DNA from: Guillardia theta CCMP2712
Taxonomy: Eukaryota; Protista; Cryptophyta
DNA: 64,000 nucleotides
Reading direction: 5' to 3'
NCBI RefSeq assembly: GCF_000315625.1
Contig: NW_005434571.1
Coordinates: forward strand, 126,092-190,091
How positions within the stretch are numbered: the stretch's first letter is position 1; the number at the start of each line of letters is the position of its first letter. Both the position numbers and the translations under genes were made by a program. This document shows positions 12,091 through 25,800 of this stretch, one piece after another. Below the pieces are notes generated by a model. That model did not search any database. It saw only the letters and a list, made by a program, of their open reading frames with translations, and had not been told where the DNA came from.

Positions 12091-13480
12091 TGATTGTCCT
12101 CGTACTGATTTTTAACTTAACTAAAATAAAATGAGCAAACAGAGGTGAGCACTACTACTGTGATATAATACTCATTTTTTAACTAAAATCAACAATCATT
12201 GTGGTAAAGTTGCCCACCTGGTCCAGCAGGCCCTAGTGGTGGCCATTAGCATGCCCCGGGTCAGGCTGGCGGGGCCCGGATCCGGCATGATGATGATCGC
12301 CGGGCCCGCCATGATCGGCGGCGCCCGGGCGGCCGGAGTCACTCGGCCGGCCCGTCATCGGACACTGTCAGGCCGGGCCGCGCTCAGGGTCTGAGTCCGA
12401 GTCCGCGCCCGGCCGGCCCGTACTACTACGTGACGGGTAGTACGGTCCGGCCCCCGACTCGTGCCAGTGACCACGGCGGGCCGCCGGGCCGGGCCCCGGG
12501 CCCTGAGTCGGAGGCGGGCACGCACTGACCGCCGTCCCGTCGGACTCCCGGCGGGCGGGGGCGGGGGCGGGCCGGGCCGCCGCGCCCCGGGCTGAGAGGA
12601 CCCGCGCCGTCGTGTCCCGGAGTCCGGGGACAGAACTTTCACTTCGGAAGCTGCCAGGCTAGGCTGTGAGGCTTGCCACGCCGGTGACTTCCGGGCCCGG
12701 CGGCCGCTGTGGCTCCGCGGCGGCCGCCCGGCGTTACAGCACTGCGGCAGATCGGACTCTTCGACGACTCTGACGGACTTGCCGGATTTCTACCGGCCCG
12801 GGCCCGGCCGGGATGGGGACTCGCCGCCGGCCCGTGGGCGCGACAGTCACCGCCCGATCTTTCACCCGCAACTAGAGTCAGTGAGCCGGGCTCAAAACCA
12901 AAATTGAAACCCTGCCACTGTGATTTAGAGATTAGTTACGAGGACCGTTGAAGCGAACTTGGAACGGTCACGAGATCAGTGTTTGAACTTGAAGTTTCAA
13001 CGCGGCGTCGGATCCGGTCGCCGTTCGCGTGATCGGACTCAGCCTGCCGCGGCCCGGCCGCCGGCAGTCAGGCTCGGCCGGGCACGCCACCGGCGTGCCG
13101 CCCGTGACAGTCACTGCCGGAGTGACCGCCCGTCTGTCAGAGCCTCGGAGGACAATCCGAGGAGCCTGGAGAGTCCGATCCGACGGTCCCCGCGACGAGG
13201 AGGCTTGAACCTGTCACTGTCGCACCGTGGGAAAAGACGGCGAGAACCAACCCTCATGCCGCAGTGCCCGGATTGCTGTCCCCCAAACTCAGTGACTAAC
13301 AGTGCCCGATACAGGCTACCTCCACTCAGCCGATCGGACTACTTTACTACTGCCGGGGCTACTGGCAGTTACTAGCCCCTCCTGTCCGTCCCGATTGATT
13401 AACGGCCGTCGGTGAGGAGGGCCCCGGCAGCCGCTTAGCCTGTCGAGCACACAGAAAGGCTACCTGGTGACCGCCCGCGG
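12091..13480. repeat. GC-rich degenerate repeat island (copy A of a dispersed element)
   Basis: 12091-12115 is the exact reverse complement of 60681-60705. About 13150-13260 (gaggacaatc...gaggaggcttgaacctgtcactgtcgcac...aaaagacggcgagaaccaa) matches 35830-35940 and 60695-60845. Confidence 0.8.
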
Positions 13481-13497
13481 CAACAGGTGAGCAAGCG

Positions 13498-16400
13498 ATG
13501 AGTCAGCTGAGAACTCTGATTGAGATAGGTGGATTGTAAACTCAAGGAAGAGATAGACAGGTGTTATGATATGGTCAGTCGCGTCGACTAAAATCGTGTT
13601 GTTTCCCAACAAAAGCTAACATGCAGTCCATTCCAATGTTTCACTTCATTGTTACTCACTACACCTGATCCGAGGGTGTCTACAGTCCCGAATGTGTTGA
13701 GAATGTGTTGAAGCGTGTTGCAGAATGATACCGAACATGATGCTGTGTAGAATACAACTTTCTGTGATTTGCATCAAGTTACGCTCATTCCGAGCAAACA
13801 GATCTATGGAAATGGATCCAAGGGGTGCTTGAATGGAACAAGAAACTCCGAACAAGACTGCAAAACAAACTCTTCCGGTAGTTGAAGTTCTTTGCTTGTC
13901 TGATTGTTGTCTTCATCATTGAGTGTCTGATTAGGTTACAAGTTTGAATGATCTTAGCATTGAAGAAGAGGCATTACTTCTGCGGCAGTGTAGGCTGAAC
14001 AAGGTATTATCCGGTGATTGGTATCGCGGTCACAATGTCTTTAATAGGTGCAGCTGGTGCGAGAACTCCTAGAGTCCAAGAGGATCAGCAACCGGTTCAA
14101 GTTCTCTAATGGAGAGACTCTGCTTATCACCGCTTGCAAGTCTGCGAGTCTGGATGTTATTCGCTTTCTGTTGGATCATGGTGTAGATGTGCATGAAGAA
14201 GACAACTATCATAACAATGCCTTGCACTGGAGCGTTCGATTGGGGTTCGACAAGATTGCAGAGTATGTCGGCCTCTTGCTGTCTTCTCAGTGACTATGAA
14301 TGTTTGCAGCCTGCTCATCTCTCATGATGAGATCCAAAGGCCAAATCGATCATCTCAAAACAAAGTGAATAAACCCGCTTACAAGGCGAAATTGAAGCAT
14401 CCGCAAGTTGATGGAAAGGAAGATGCAAAAAAGGCAAATCGCTTGGTGAGATTTCAATAGCAAGACGAAATTGACAATGTTTTCAGGGTACGCAGACCCA
14501 CGGGCCAAGCCCATCTGATCCGGTAGTGCTTCCCAGCCTCGGGCGACCGCGACTCTTCCTAGAGTCGGTGTCAAGACCACACGATCCCCATGTAAAGTCA
14601 ACGGAAGAGAGAAAGGTAGAGAGATAGTCAAAGCAAAGCGCTGCCGTTGATTCCTTCTTTGCCAGAAAAAGCTCGTCAAAGAGACCCCTTATCAGCGTAT
14701 GTACCTTCAATCAGTGTATAAACGACCCCCCAAACGCCAGAAGCTGTTCGACAAGTACCGAGAGCCAAGGAGTCACAGGGAGCTGAAGAGCAAAGCTCAA
14801 GATCAAGGTGGCAACATCCTCGTCGATCTTCCCCCTCGGTCCTTACCTGTTGACTTGCAGAGGTGCGGGAAGATGAGCAAGGCGATCATGTGACATTGAC
14901 CTCCCCCCGTGAGCCTCCTGATGTGATGATGGTGTTGCACAGGAAACCAGAGCAAAAAGCGAGCCCCTGGTGTCTGAAGCAAGCGACACCCCTCCTGAGC
15001 AGAAGAAGGGGCCCAAGAAGCAGCGAATACTTGACCTGTCTCAAGAAGATCCTGAGCCGGAGACAGGGCTGATCCACTTACGTAACTTCGATGCTGGTCA
15101 GGACTATCCTGCGATAGCTGTGAAAGTAATTGTTGTGATGATAACCTAGATGGCAATTACAAGCGGATCAACAGCCCCCGGTCTATAGAGGCCATGAAGC
15201 GGCTAGGAATCACCATGGAAGAACTGATGCCCATGGAGCAGAAGTTGTCTTTCTCGGAATCCAAGGATGCAGAGGTCCTCCAGAAGAAGAAGGAGATGCT
15301 GGAAGAAAGAAGAAAGCGCAACGTTGATTCCTGTATCAAAGAGAGGAAGCGACTGAAGGCCAGGTCAAAGGATGCCACCCTCAACGTCATCTTTGCTGAG
15401 TATGCTGGGATCTCCGGGGACAACACGATGAACATGAGCGAGTACCTCGACATGATGAAGTCCATGGTAGCTGCCTTGAGCAAGCTGTTGGTTACTCTGA
15501 TGCCTCCCCAGGAATTGCTGCAATCTGAAACTGAACGGAAGCATGGCAAGATCTCCAAGACAGAAGCGGTGGGCATTTTCAAGCAGTTTGCAAGGAAGAT
15601 AGGAGTCACGTATGAGGTCTTCAGCTCCACACCTGGATGGGAGTGAGAGATTGATGTTGTTGGCAGGTGACGTGGGAGCAGTTTGTGAAGCTAGAGAAGC
15701 ATCTCTCAGGTGTGCTGGGTATCAAGAGCATCTCTAAGGCTGGGGAGCATCAGGAGACTGAGGACTCAGAGACCTCACGTGCGTTCAGCTCGCTGTGATG
15801 ATGATCAGATGTCCTTGTTGACTTGCGTTCACCCTGCAGGTAAAGATGCAGTCGAGGCCGATCCTGCTGCTGTCTACATCCAAGAGGTTCGAGCGAAGCA
15901 TGAGCGAGTGAACAGAACAGAGCTGAGAAGAATCGAGACCTACTTTGAGAAACTTCTCAGCCTGAAAGCGCAACATGACACGCTAGAGCAAGCGTCGCAC
16001 CAAAAGGAATCAAAGATCATCAAGAACTATGAGGATAGAAAGTACACGTCAGCATTGAACCGCCTTGACCAGCAGGTACTGGGTAAATGAGCATGCTGAA
16101 AGCGATTAACGGGTGTTCCAGTTCAAATATGTTGAAAGGGTCCTTCAGCATCAGAAGATGATGGCGAAGAAGAAAGAGGAAGAAGAAGAACGATCGAGAA
16201 AGAAGCAAGAAGAAGCAAAGATGAACCTACAGAAGATGGTAAGAAACATGGCGCTTCTTTTGTTCAGCAGCTCTGATTTTGTCTCGCAGACACACGAGAG
16301 GGAGAGGAGGATGAGGATGCAAACTGAACAGCTCAAGATTAGGCAGCAGCTGAGGCAAGAGCAAATCACACAGCGAGATAGGAAGGAGGAATACAGAAGA

Positions 16401-17440
16401 AAGCTGCTCATGGATAAGTTGACTCGAGAGCAACTGAAACAAGAAAAAGATAGAGAGATCAAGAAATTGATTGCTCAGGAAACAGACAAGCTCAAGTCAA
16501 AATCAAGAATGGAAAAGGAGAAGTTCAACGAAGTACACTTTTGTGACAAAGAAAAAACTGTGCTCACGATGGTTCAGGTTGTTCAGAATTTCATGAAATC
16601 TGGGAAGATAGATGTTCCCAAGGGACTTTCTGTACGTCTCAACCTCATGTGATGTTTTGAAAGCCTGAATTCTCATTTGTCTTAGACTTTGGGGGATCTT
16701 GATACGATCCTTGTGCGAGAAGTGAGATGCTTGCCGCTGTTTCTCTTCATAATCTGGTCTCAGGATGCGGCTGACTGGGAGGACAAGAACGAAGCAGCAG
16801 GCCTGCTGTCGGAAGACGCGTCTGTGTCGGGGGAGATCAAGAGCGGAGAGTATGCTTACTTCAAGATCCGAGTCGAAACGCACAAGTCATGGACTTTCGC
16901 TGTCAGCTCGACTGTAAGTTGCACTTGCGTACCTGTTGCTGCTTAACAGCACGAAGGTCAACAAAGCGCTTCTGTTCATTGGGAACAAGAACATTCCCTT
17001 CCCAACCAAAGAGAATCATACCTGGAATGCTTCTAACAAAGACAAGGTGGATCACCCTAACTAGTTTCTCTGGCAACTGAGTCTGTGAGTCTGTCTCAGG
17101 TCACTATCTTTCACCTCGACAAGAGGTACACGTTGGGGTATTGGTACGTCTCGCTGCTGGCACAAGGAGGCGACAGCACGTTCTCGCTGTCATGCAGTAG
17201 CGTTGAACCTCTCGAGGGAGAGGCTCGCGATGACTCGAAGCGTCAGGAGAGCTTGTCGCATGTGAGCTCAAGACCCCTTGAAGCTTCCCAGCTGACACTC
17301 AGCAGGTTCATAACCGGGTGAGGGTGAAGATCAATGAGATGCGAGAGAAGAGGTTGTCTCAGATGGACTCTGATTTCATTAGCAAGTTCGAGGAGCTCTT
17401 TCCTCAAACTTAGCAGCTCTACACCAGCTCTGCGATGATG
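13498..17440 (+). CDS. Multi-exon ankyrin-repeat + EF-hand-like + coiled-coil protein with a C-terminal PPC-like beta-sandwich; boundaries approximate
   Basis: Ankyrin GETLLITACKSASLDVIRFLLDHGVDVHEEDNYHNNALHWSVRLGFDKIAE. EF-hand-like IFAEYAGISGDNTMNMSEYLDMMK...ISKTEAVGIFKQFA. Long K/E/R-rich coiled coil. SVSGEIKSGEYAYFKIRV...LGYWYVSLLA. Many short GT-AG introns. Confidence 0.7.
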
Positions 17441-17939
17441 TGCTGAAACAGCAAGATAGGGGTTAATCGCAGATAGCCTCTGTCTGGCTGAGCCATGTTT
17501 CATAGTGAGGTAGCAGAAGGACTGCTGTAATTCCTTCTGATTCTCCATCCTTAAGATTTCAAAAAAGTGATATGATGATGGGGAGGAAGACAATAACAAC
17601 ATCAGCTTTCATGCCTGCTGCTGCTTCTTCTTTTCCTGTTTCAATGCGCACTTTGATTGCTGACTATGTTCAACTTCACCACTGCGCGAGTAGATTGTGC
17701 TCTCAAGTCTTGATCAATAATCACTTGATTCCCTGCATTTTGAAATTGACGACAACGTTGATCAATCCTGCCACTTACTGAAGTTGGTGATGTCAGCGCA
17801 CAGACCAGAAAAGTTTTTCTTCCGGTAGGTGACACAAAACATCTCAGTTGAACGGACTGATAGATAGAAGACATAGTGAGAGTAAGAGGTTGAGATTTCA
17901 CTTTAACTATCAGCTATACAGGGCTAGTCCGAGTTTGAC

Positions 17940-19406
17940 TTACACGTGCGGGCGGGCATGGAGGGGCAGAACCTTGGAGGACCGTGAGAGGCCGGGGCGA
18001 CGAACTCCCGCATTGTTTGTCAGCAGACGAACGCCTCCTCCAGCAACTGCCGAGCTCATGTTGTTCCTCATCATACCAGCCTTGGGTGGCAACGACGCAA
18101 CGACAGCTCCAGAGTACTGAGAAGTAGCAGGAGGACAGAGGGCTGCCTTGGGTTTCGACTGCTGCACCACGCTCTGAGGGGAGTACGTGTCAACGGGAGA
18201 CGCTGCAAGGCAACATGAACGAGACATACTTGAGCTTGAGGTGCTTGAACTTGAGGTACTTGAACTTGAGGTTGTACTGAGTTCTGCTGCATCGGCGGTA
18301 CAGGCTTGTTTTCCTTGGAAGCAGCTGAGGAGGCGAACACGTAAGGGGAAGGGGCTGAAAGGGTCGGAAGCACCGACCTCCATTGTTAAGAGCCGTCTTA
18401 CAAGGTCTTCCAGGTCGAGGTCTACTCGCAGCATCGTTGCGTTTGGGCACGTTCCTATCAAGTCGGGTCAGTTGACAGCAAGTCAACAACGAATGTTACC
18501 TTGTAATCTGCTGTTTTGCTTTCGGTTGTGCCTTCTTGCTCTTCAAATCTTCATCGCTAGACATCTCATAGTCGTCTTCCGACGCCTCCTCCTCCTCCTC
18601 CTCCTCCTCCTCTTCCGTCGCGTCCTCTTCGCTAGATTCATCAATTGATTCTTTTGCTCGAGGTCTCTTGGCTACTTTCGGGTTAGAAACATCATGTTCG
18701 CTTGTTCTCACGGCTGGCGGCTCTTTGAGCAGAGCATCTACATTGCAGTCAGCAGGGAGCAAGAGAGGATGAATACGATATCGGTTCACCGTTTGCAACA
18801 TGTACATCGGACTCGACTGGACTCTCGTCTTCTTCTGAGTCAGGGATGGTGTCTCCCGTCTCATCAGCCACATGGTTCGGCTGATCGATGCCAGCTGCTG
18901 CAACCTGCTTGTTGCATGCAGCGTTGGGCGCTGCTGTCCTACCGGCATCCTCGGCCTCCTTGTCTTCACTTTGCGACGCTTGTTGCCTTTCGAACTCTTG
19001 CCGAGAGAGCTCAAGGGCCTTCTGAAGGTCAGTATCAGCGCTAGGCGCTCGCGATCTCCTCTTCTTCTGTTCGCAACTATAAATCAGCATGCCATCACGA
19101 TCAAGACATGTGTGTTGCTTCACCGCCGATCCTGTCGTCGGTGAGTTGCCGCTGCTCCGAGGGCTTGAACAGTGCGTCAAGAGCCTTACAACAAGAGCGA
19201 GCTTGACGATGCTGACCTCATGGACTTGCGCTGTGAGATCATCTCAGCATACGATGATCCTGAAGCTTCTGACGTCCCAGCCTCCCATCCCTCACATCCT
19301 TTCTTCAAACTGAAATCATCCGAAAGATCAACGCCCAACAAAGAACCTTACGAGTATGCTCGTACCTCAAGTTCTTTCGCCTTTTGGAGTTAGCATTGGC
19401 ATCCAT
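17940..19406 (-). CDS. Multi-exon low-complexity protein with a UIM-like helix, acidic tract and C-terminal RAD51AP1-type motif
   Basis: DTDLQKALELSRQEFE (UIM-like), [21 protein letters not shown], and C-terminus VRRPGLSRSSKVLPLH. The start MDANANSKRRKN at 19406 is inferred. Confidence 0.6.
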
Positions 19407-19636
19407 ATCTTTCAATTGTTACAAACGTATTGAAGAACTGAGAAAGAAAGAACTACGGCATTGTCAAAACGACCTCAAACATCATTTCATATCGATGCCG
19501 TACAAGGCCACACGCGATTTCAAGCAATTCTGACTGTGACTTCCTCATAATGCCTGATCCAACGGATGGACATACTTGTTTTCTTCGCCTATCCCGCATC
19601 TTATTGTCTTCCTGTCTCTTCGCCCCCCCCCCCCCC

Positions 19637-19736
19637 NNNNNNNNNNNNNNNNNNNNNNNNNNNNNNNNNNNNNNNNNNNNNNNNNNNNNNNNNNNNNNNN
19701 NNNNNNNNNNNNNNNNNNNNNNNNNNNNNNNNNNNN
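19637..19736. other. Assembly gap (100 N)
   Basis: Run of 100 n after a poly-C tract. Confidence 1.
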
Positions 19737-19875
19737 TTCCTCTCCCTCATTGCGTCATTCCCCTTGTCAAGTCCCCTTCCCGCCATTGTGCCCCTCCTCC
19801 GATTTCCCTCAAGAGCTCCGAGGCAAGCTCGGTCCCTGCCCTTCGGTTTGTCAGGGAAACAATGGCGTAGGGAGA

Positions 19876-22800
19876 ATGTGGGGGCAACCGCCAAGGCGCT
19901 GGAATGCCGAGCAGGTGGGGAGAGGAGGAAGGAGGAGGCAGAGCATGAACACAAGAGTCTTGTCCCTCCCTCCTTGTCGTTCCTTCCACATCCTCTGCAC
20001 TCACCCTCGTGCTAATGCATGGAGCTTGCTCGCAAGTACCTGATCCCGGTGACCCCTTCTCTCCTCTCCAGGAGCTTCGAGACATTCGGGATGCTGGCAA
20101 CTTCAATGCAAACCTGCAGTCTGGATTATGTGAAGGCTCATTTGTAAATTGTCCATCAGTGACCAAGTTGCAGACGACCATGGCGCGCTCAAGCTACATC
20201 GCAAGCGCACTGATGCCAACCATGGAACAAGCTTCATAGAGTTTGCACAGGGAGATCAGGTATGGTAGCAAGCTGCTCCTGCATACTATTTGCTCTACTC
20301 GACATCTGTTCTTTTGATCGAAATTGTCTTTGACTGCTCTTCTTCATGCAGTACTTCGGTGGAGTCGTCGCAGGACTGAAGCATGGGAAGGGGACGTACG
20401 TTTGGGCGAACGGCTCAAAGTATGAAGGAGAATGGAGGAGGAATGTGCCTCATGGTCAAGGATACTACGAGTGGCCTGACGGCGAGAAGTTTGAGGGCTC
20501 ATTCTCATATGGAAGGAGGAGCGGGGCAGGCATGTACAAATTTGCCAACGGGTCGAGTTTCGTTGGAACGTTCAAGGACGACAAGGCTGTGGGGAAAGGC
20601 ATCTGTACCTTGGCAGGAGGGAGGAGCTTCCATGGCGACTACGCGCTGTTTGCTGCCTACTTGCAGTCAGCTGAGCTGCGAAGGCAGAGGGGGACGTCGG
20701 ACCAATGGCCGCCAGTCAAGGTACGCGCTAGGTACATATGACGTTGCCTGGAGTCTGACACGGCTCTCAGTGGGGATCGAGTAGCGATCTCATGCGGAAT
20801 CCGCCATGGACAGGATTCACAGCTGTCCGGAGCGGGGAGAGGCACAAGGCGTTCCAAGGAACGAGGCCGAAGCTCGAAGACCCTGTCCTCTCCCTCCGCT
20901 CGTTCGCGCTGAACTGGCCGGAGCCTCCCTTCTCCCATGTTGAGGCTCTGGACCTCGAGCTCTCGTCGAGGAGGAGGAGGAGAGGGAGGATGCCGACCAA
21001 GAAGTTTGCTGAGCGATGGCCGTTCACGTCGTCGGTCTCAGTGCTGGATGAGGGGGTGGTGGATGACTCGGGCCCTGAACACGCCGACCTGAGCTTCCTC
21101 AAGGCCGGAGAGTTCTGTGAGTGTCAGCTGCTGGAGCTGGAGCCCAGCTGGCTGGGGATGGCGGACAAGAGGGGGAAGATCGTGCTGAGTGAGAGCGGAT
21201 GCTACATGCGAGTAAGGATAGAGCTGGTCGAGGTCGTGTGGCCCGGGTTCACTGAAACTCAGTTCCCGCTCGTTCTCTGCAAGGTGAAGCTGGTAGGTCT
21301 GAGCGATAAGGAGCCTCTGCAGTGGGTGCCGGGGAGCCGCCTCCGGCCGTGCATGGCCGGGAAGGATGCGAGCAACGGGCAATGGCAGGGATGGATAGTC
21401 AAGGATTCACCATGTGGGGAGTACAAGGACGGCGAGTTCTACGAGAAAGAAGGGCTTGTGAAGCAAGGGAGTCGAGTGGAGTGTCTGTTTCCTGTACAGG
21501 TGCTGGAGGAGGGGGCAGGGCTGGAGGATAGTGTCCTCTCCTTCCGGCCGTCCCTCGTTGCCTGCGCGGCTGAGAGCGCTGCGATGGGGCTGGTGAGGAG
21601 GGGGGATCCAACAGGGGACGGGCTGTGGGTAACTTATAGCAGGGATAGCTTGCTCCATGCTCCCTTGCTGCTGGCAAAGACGAGCATGTGGGAAGTCCTC
21701 GCAAGCCGCGTGCTCGGCAGTGTTGTCTTCCTGTCACTGGTGGTGAAGGAACTGGGGCCTGATGCACTTTGTGACATGCTGGATGAGTGCTATATGTGGA
21801 TGCTGAATGAAAACACTCTCTCCTCGCAGGGGATCGTGCGGAGCGATGACGAGCAGCATCGCGATCTCCTGCAGGGCTCGTCCGCCAGGGTCTTGCAGCA
21901 CCATCGGTTCTTCGCCCACTGGCACCGTGAGAAGCTCCGCAGGCATCCGCTGGCGAAAGTGGCGGAGGAGAGCAAGCTTGGGTCTCTGCAAGAGCTTCAC
22001 GATCGCATGTTCGGAGTAGATGGAGTGCTGCAGCACGCAAAGCAAGTGCTGAGGAGATGCGCGCGAGACCGTGAGATGCCTGTTTCAGATCGACTCGTCC
22101 TCCTCCAGATGTCTCGGAATGTCAATCACATCAAGGGTCTGCGGTTCTTCGAGGACAAAGTGCAGATGGTAAACGAGCATCTGCTTGAGATCTCCAACGC
22201 TCTATCTCGCTTCGAGCTTGAGCCGAGACAGTCTCGATTGCTCAAGAGCGGCTTCCTCAATGTTGCTTGCAAGCCCCACGCGAACCCAGCTGAAGTTTGC
22301 TCGAAGATCGATTCTTACGCTCTCCTCGCTCGTCAAGAGCTGGAACATGATGCCCACGAAGCTATTGTACAGGTTGAGCTCACTGTCACTTTCCAGCAAG
22401 ACTTGATCCCCGAGATTGCGTTTCGAATCATTCAGCTCCTCCGCGCACGAATCGACAAGGATGCTGTAAAACTGCGCCTGATACGAGCAGAGCCGTCGTT
22501 TTCCACTGATATCGACATGGTGTTTACAAGAACAATCTTGTATGTGTCAATCTACAACATCCAAGACCCCAAACTAGTCTGTGAAGACATCGCCAGAGAC
22601 TTTCTGGGTGGAAGGAGTGAGTTTGCCAAGGTTTGCCGGGATCGGTTCCTTCTTGGATCGATCAAAGTGGTTCATCCGAGCATCTTTCTGCACCTGCTCT
22701 TCAAGAAACCGATCCTAGCACCAGCAAGAGACATTCTGCTCGAGATGCCGAGGGTTGAGAGCATCTGCAGACAAGATTTGTTGCGAGCTTATCCGTCAAT

Positions 22801-25800
22801 GGCAGAGAGGGAGATCGAGGAGGTGGTGGCCAAGATTCGTCTGCTGAAGCTCCTCCGAGAGGATTTGTGCGATGCGATGGAGCTGTCAAGGGATGTCATT
22901 CGAGCGATCAACCTGCTGCCCTGTAAGTCTCGCGCGACATTCGAGGTCTTCTGTGAGAAGGAGAACTTTGAAGACTCGCACATTGCTGGACCAGTCAAGA
23001 CGTTTTGTGCGTCTGTTCACAGCGGAGAGAGTAAGGTTAGAGAAGGGCAGGTACTCGCTGCCTTCGAGTACGTCGTCGATGTCAAAGTTGAGATCGGGTT
23101 CAAACCGGTCAGATCCTTCCCTCTATGGCAAGATGTGGATATGAATTGTGTCAGTAGTGGGGCTGATACACACAGTGAAAGGCTCAGTCTGTCTCAGTTT
23201 GTAGTCCCTGCCTTGACAAGCTTGTTGTGTAGCCGTCAAGTTTGCCTCAACTACCGTGACTCCCATCTCAACGGTTTTCGACAGACGTTTTCTGACTACG
23301 GAAATCCCCAGCTCTGGCGTGCTGATAGAGCGCTAGATGACGTGGATCGATATGAGGAATCGAGGATGCAGGTGGAAGTAGTTGTGTTGGGAGGTGACAG
23401 CTACGAGCTCGAGGGCAAGAGGAAGTTCAAACTCAAGGCTGAGAAAGACTGCGACTTCCGTGTCAGGTTTTGGAGGGGAGACGTTGCGGAGACAAACTCC
23501 ATGACCCGACCGAGCGATCGGACGTACCCGGTCATGACGGGAGATGTTGCCTTGTTGGAGGGCGTTTACTCAGCCGCTGAGCTTCTGTCGCACGTGCAAT
23601 CTCAGCTTTCTGCGATGAAATGGAAAGACGGAGACTTTGAGTTTGCTTCTCAGGTCAGTCAGAGCTGGATCCAATGGTCCTGCTCCGTTGACGATGACGG
23701 GAAAGTCAAGATTCTTGTCCTAACTGATAGATACCTGAGGTTTGAATTGCAATTCGTCAACATGCGTTTGATGGAGATTTTGGGGTTTGATACATCCTCC
23801 CACTCGATACAGAGCAGTGCTTGTACACGGCAATCGTTCCAAGACAAGCTGGTTGACAGTGATGTTGGTTATGTAGAGAATGTTTGGACGACATTCGTTG
23901 GAGGGCATTACACGATTCTGCATCCTCCAAATATGGTTGTGAGGGGGAATCATCTGAAAACAAACGGAAGGTACAGCTACAAAGACGTATTAGAGCTACC
24001 AGCAGATGTTTTCAAGTCGGTCTTCATTCCTCGTCGTTCCGAGACACAAGTCATATTCCTTCGCACAACGGAATTCTGCCTTGACAAGAACTTTCTTCAC
24101 AGCTGTTCCAGAGGAGCAGTTCCTTTGTCAGCATCTTGCGTTCTTGGGCTCAACCGTGACGGCTCGGGTAGGCAGGTGTTTGACTCCCTCCTGTATGACC
24201 ACCTTGCTTCTCAAGACGCGGCTGGCTCGTGTCACCTAGTGCAGTATGACTCGATGTTTGTTGAATCTGCCTTCGATGTCAGTGCTGGTCTTCAGTCTTT
24301 CAATCTCCTCTTCGCACGATTGAATGTTGTCTGGAATGAACTTCACGACTACAACGATCGGCTTGTTCGATTGATCGACGTCATAGAGCTCGGAGATCAT
24401 GTCGAAGATGACCATGACGATCTTGATTGTTACAGTGCGCAGCAATGTTATCTCTGCTGGAAGCTGCTGCGAGATGAGTACGCTCAAAGAGAACAGAGCT
24501 GCATGCACGGCCTGGCGCTGAAGAATTGTTTGGACGAGACATGTAAAGGTCTTGTGAACGCATCTGAAAACAGTATGATGACAGCCATTGACTCTTCACT
24601 GCAAGAAAGAAGAGAAAGGTCATCTTTAGCTCATCACACATTTATCAACAGCATGTCAGCTGGAAGTTGTGTTGTTCTGGACAACTTTGCTTTTGCTGAG
24701 AAGGCTGTGAAAGAACTATACAGTCTGATCCGCGCCCATAGTGGCGGCAGTGATGATTTGTCCTTCGATGCCAGCTTCAAGTTTCTCAATCATTGCAAAC
24801 CTTTTGTATCATACTCCTGCCAGCGGACAAGACAGTTTGAACTGCAATTGATGTTGTCTTCCTTGTACGCCTTGCAGGATGTCAGGGGGTCAAGAGACCG
24901 TACCATGTACGAGTTGACGAGGATGACGTTTGGGCCCAACTTCTCCCTTGCTCCTCTCATCTTCATCTGCGGAAAGGCTGGATCAGGAAAGAGTGTGCTG
25001 CTGGCGAGGTTGGTTTCAAACATGACAACAGAGTCCAAGGACGGTGGACTGTCTTGGAACAAATCAGAAAATACGATACATGTCTTCTACTTCCGGGAGG
25101 CGATGCAGCCGCTGAATCAAGTCCTTGTGTATTTGGCTGACGAGCTTGCTTTCTCTAACAGCGAGTCTTCATTCCCACAGCCGTCCAACGGGATTTCTTA
25201 CGGGAACTTTGAGGAGTTGCTGAATGCCTCCGAGATGAAATTTCTCAATGAGATTAGCAACCTTGTTTACCGCGGCGTCAATATCAAGATGTACATTGAT
25301 GGCCTTGACGCTCAACAGGTGAAGAGGCTGAGTGCCATCGTTGTACATGTTTACAGCAACATCCTCCTGCCTATTAAAGAATCAAGAAATTTCAGAGATG
25401 GTCCTTCGATCCAATTCTTCATCACTGGTTGTGACCCTTGTGTTATCGAGAACTTCTCTACCAAAGTTGTTGAGTTGGCTCAGCTTGACAAGAATGAGGT
25501 GAAGGCGATCGCATCGTTCTGGTTGAAGTTGCTTGTTCCGCAACCTTGTACCACGCAAGCTGAGTTTGCTAATCTGTTGGATGAAATTCTGCAAGCAACA
25601 CAGAAGCTTGCAACACTCCCATCTCATCTTGTTTACCTAGCAAACGAGATCTCAATGAAAGTCCGCGAAGCTGTCTTTGGCGACAAGACGTGGAACAAGA
25701 GCGTTCAAAATGTTGTGAAGGGGATGCGGCTGAAAGTGCATGAAGACATACGAATTCATCTACTCAACAAGTTAAAACATCTTGAGGAGAAGATTGGCTA

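Noticed and set aside
12355-13375. Arg/Pro/Gly-rich ORFs in the GC islands (also 35564-36531, 56862-57476, 60490-61261)
   Set aside because: They are by-products of stop-poor GC-rich degenerate repeats, and frames are not conserved between copies.
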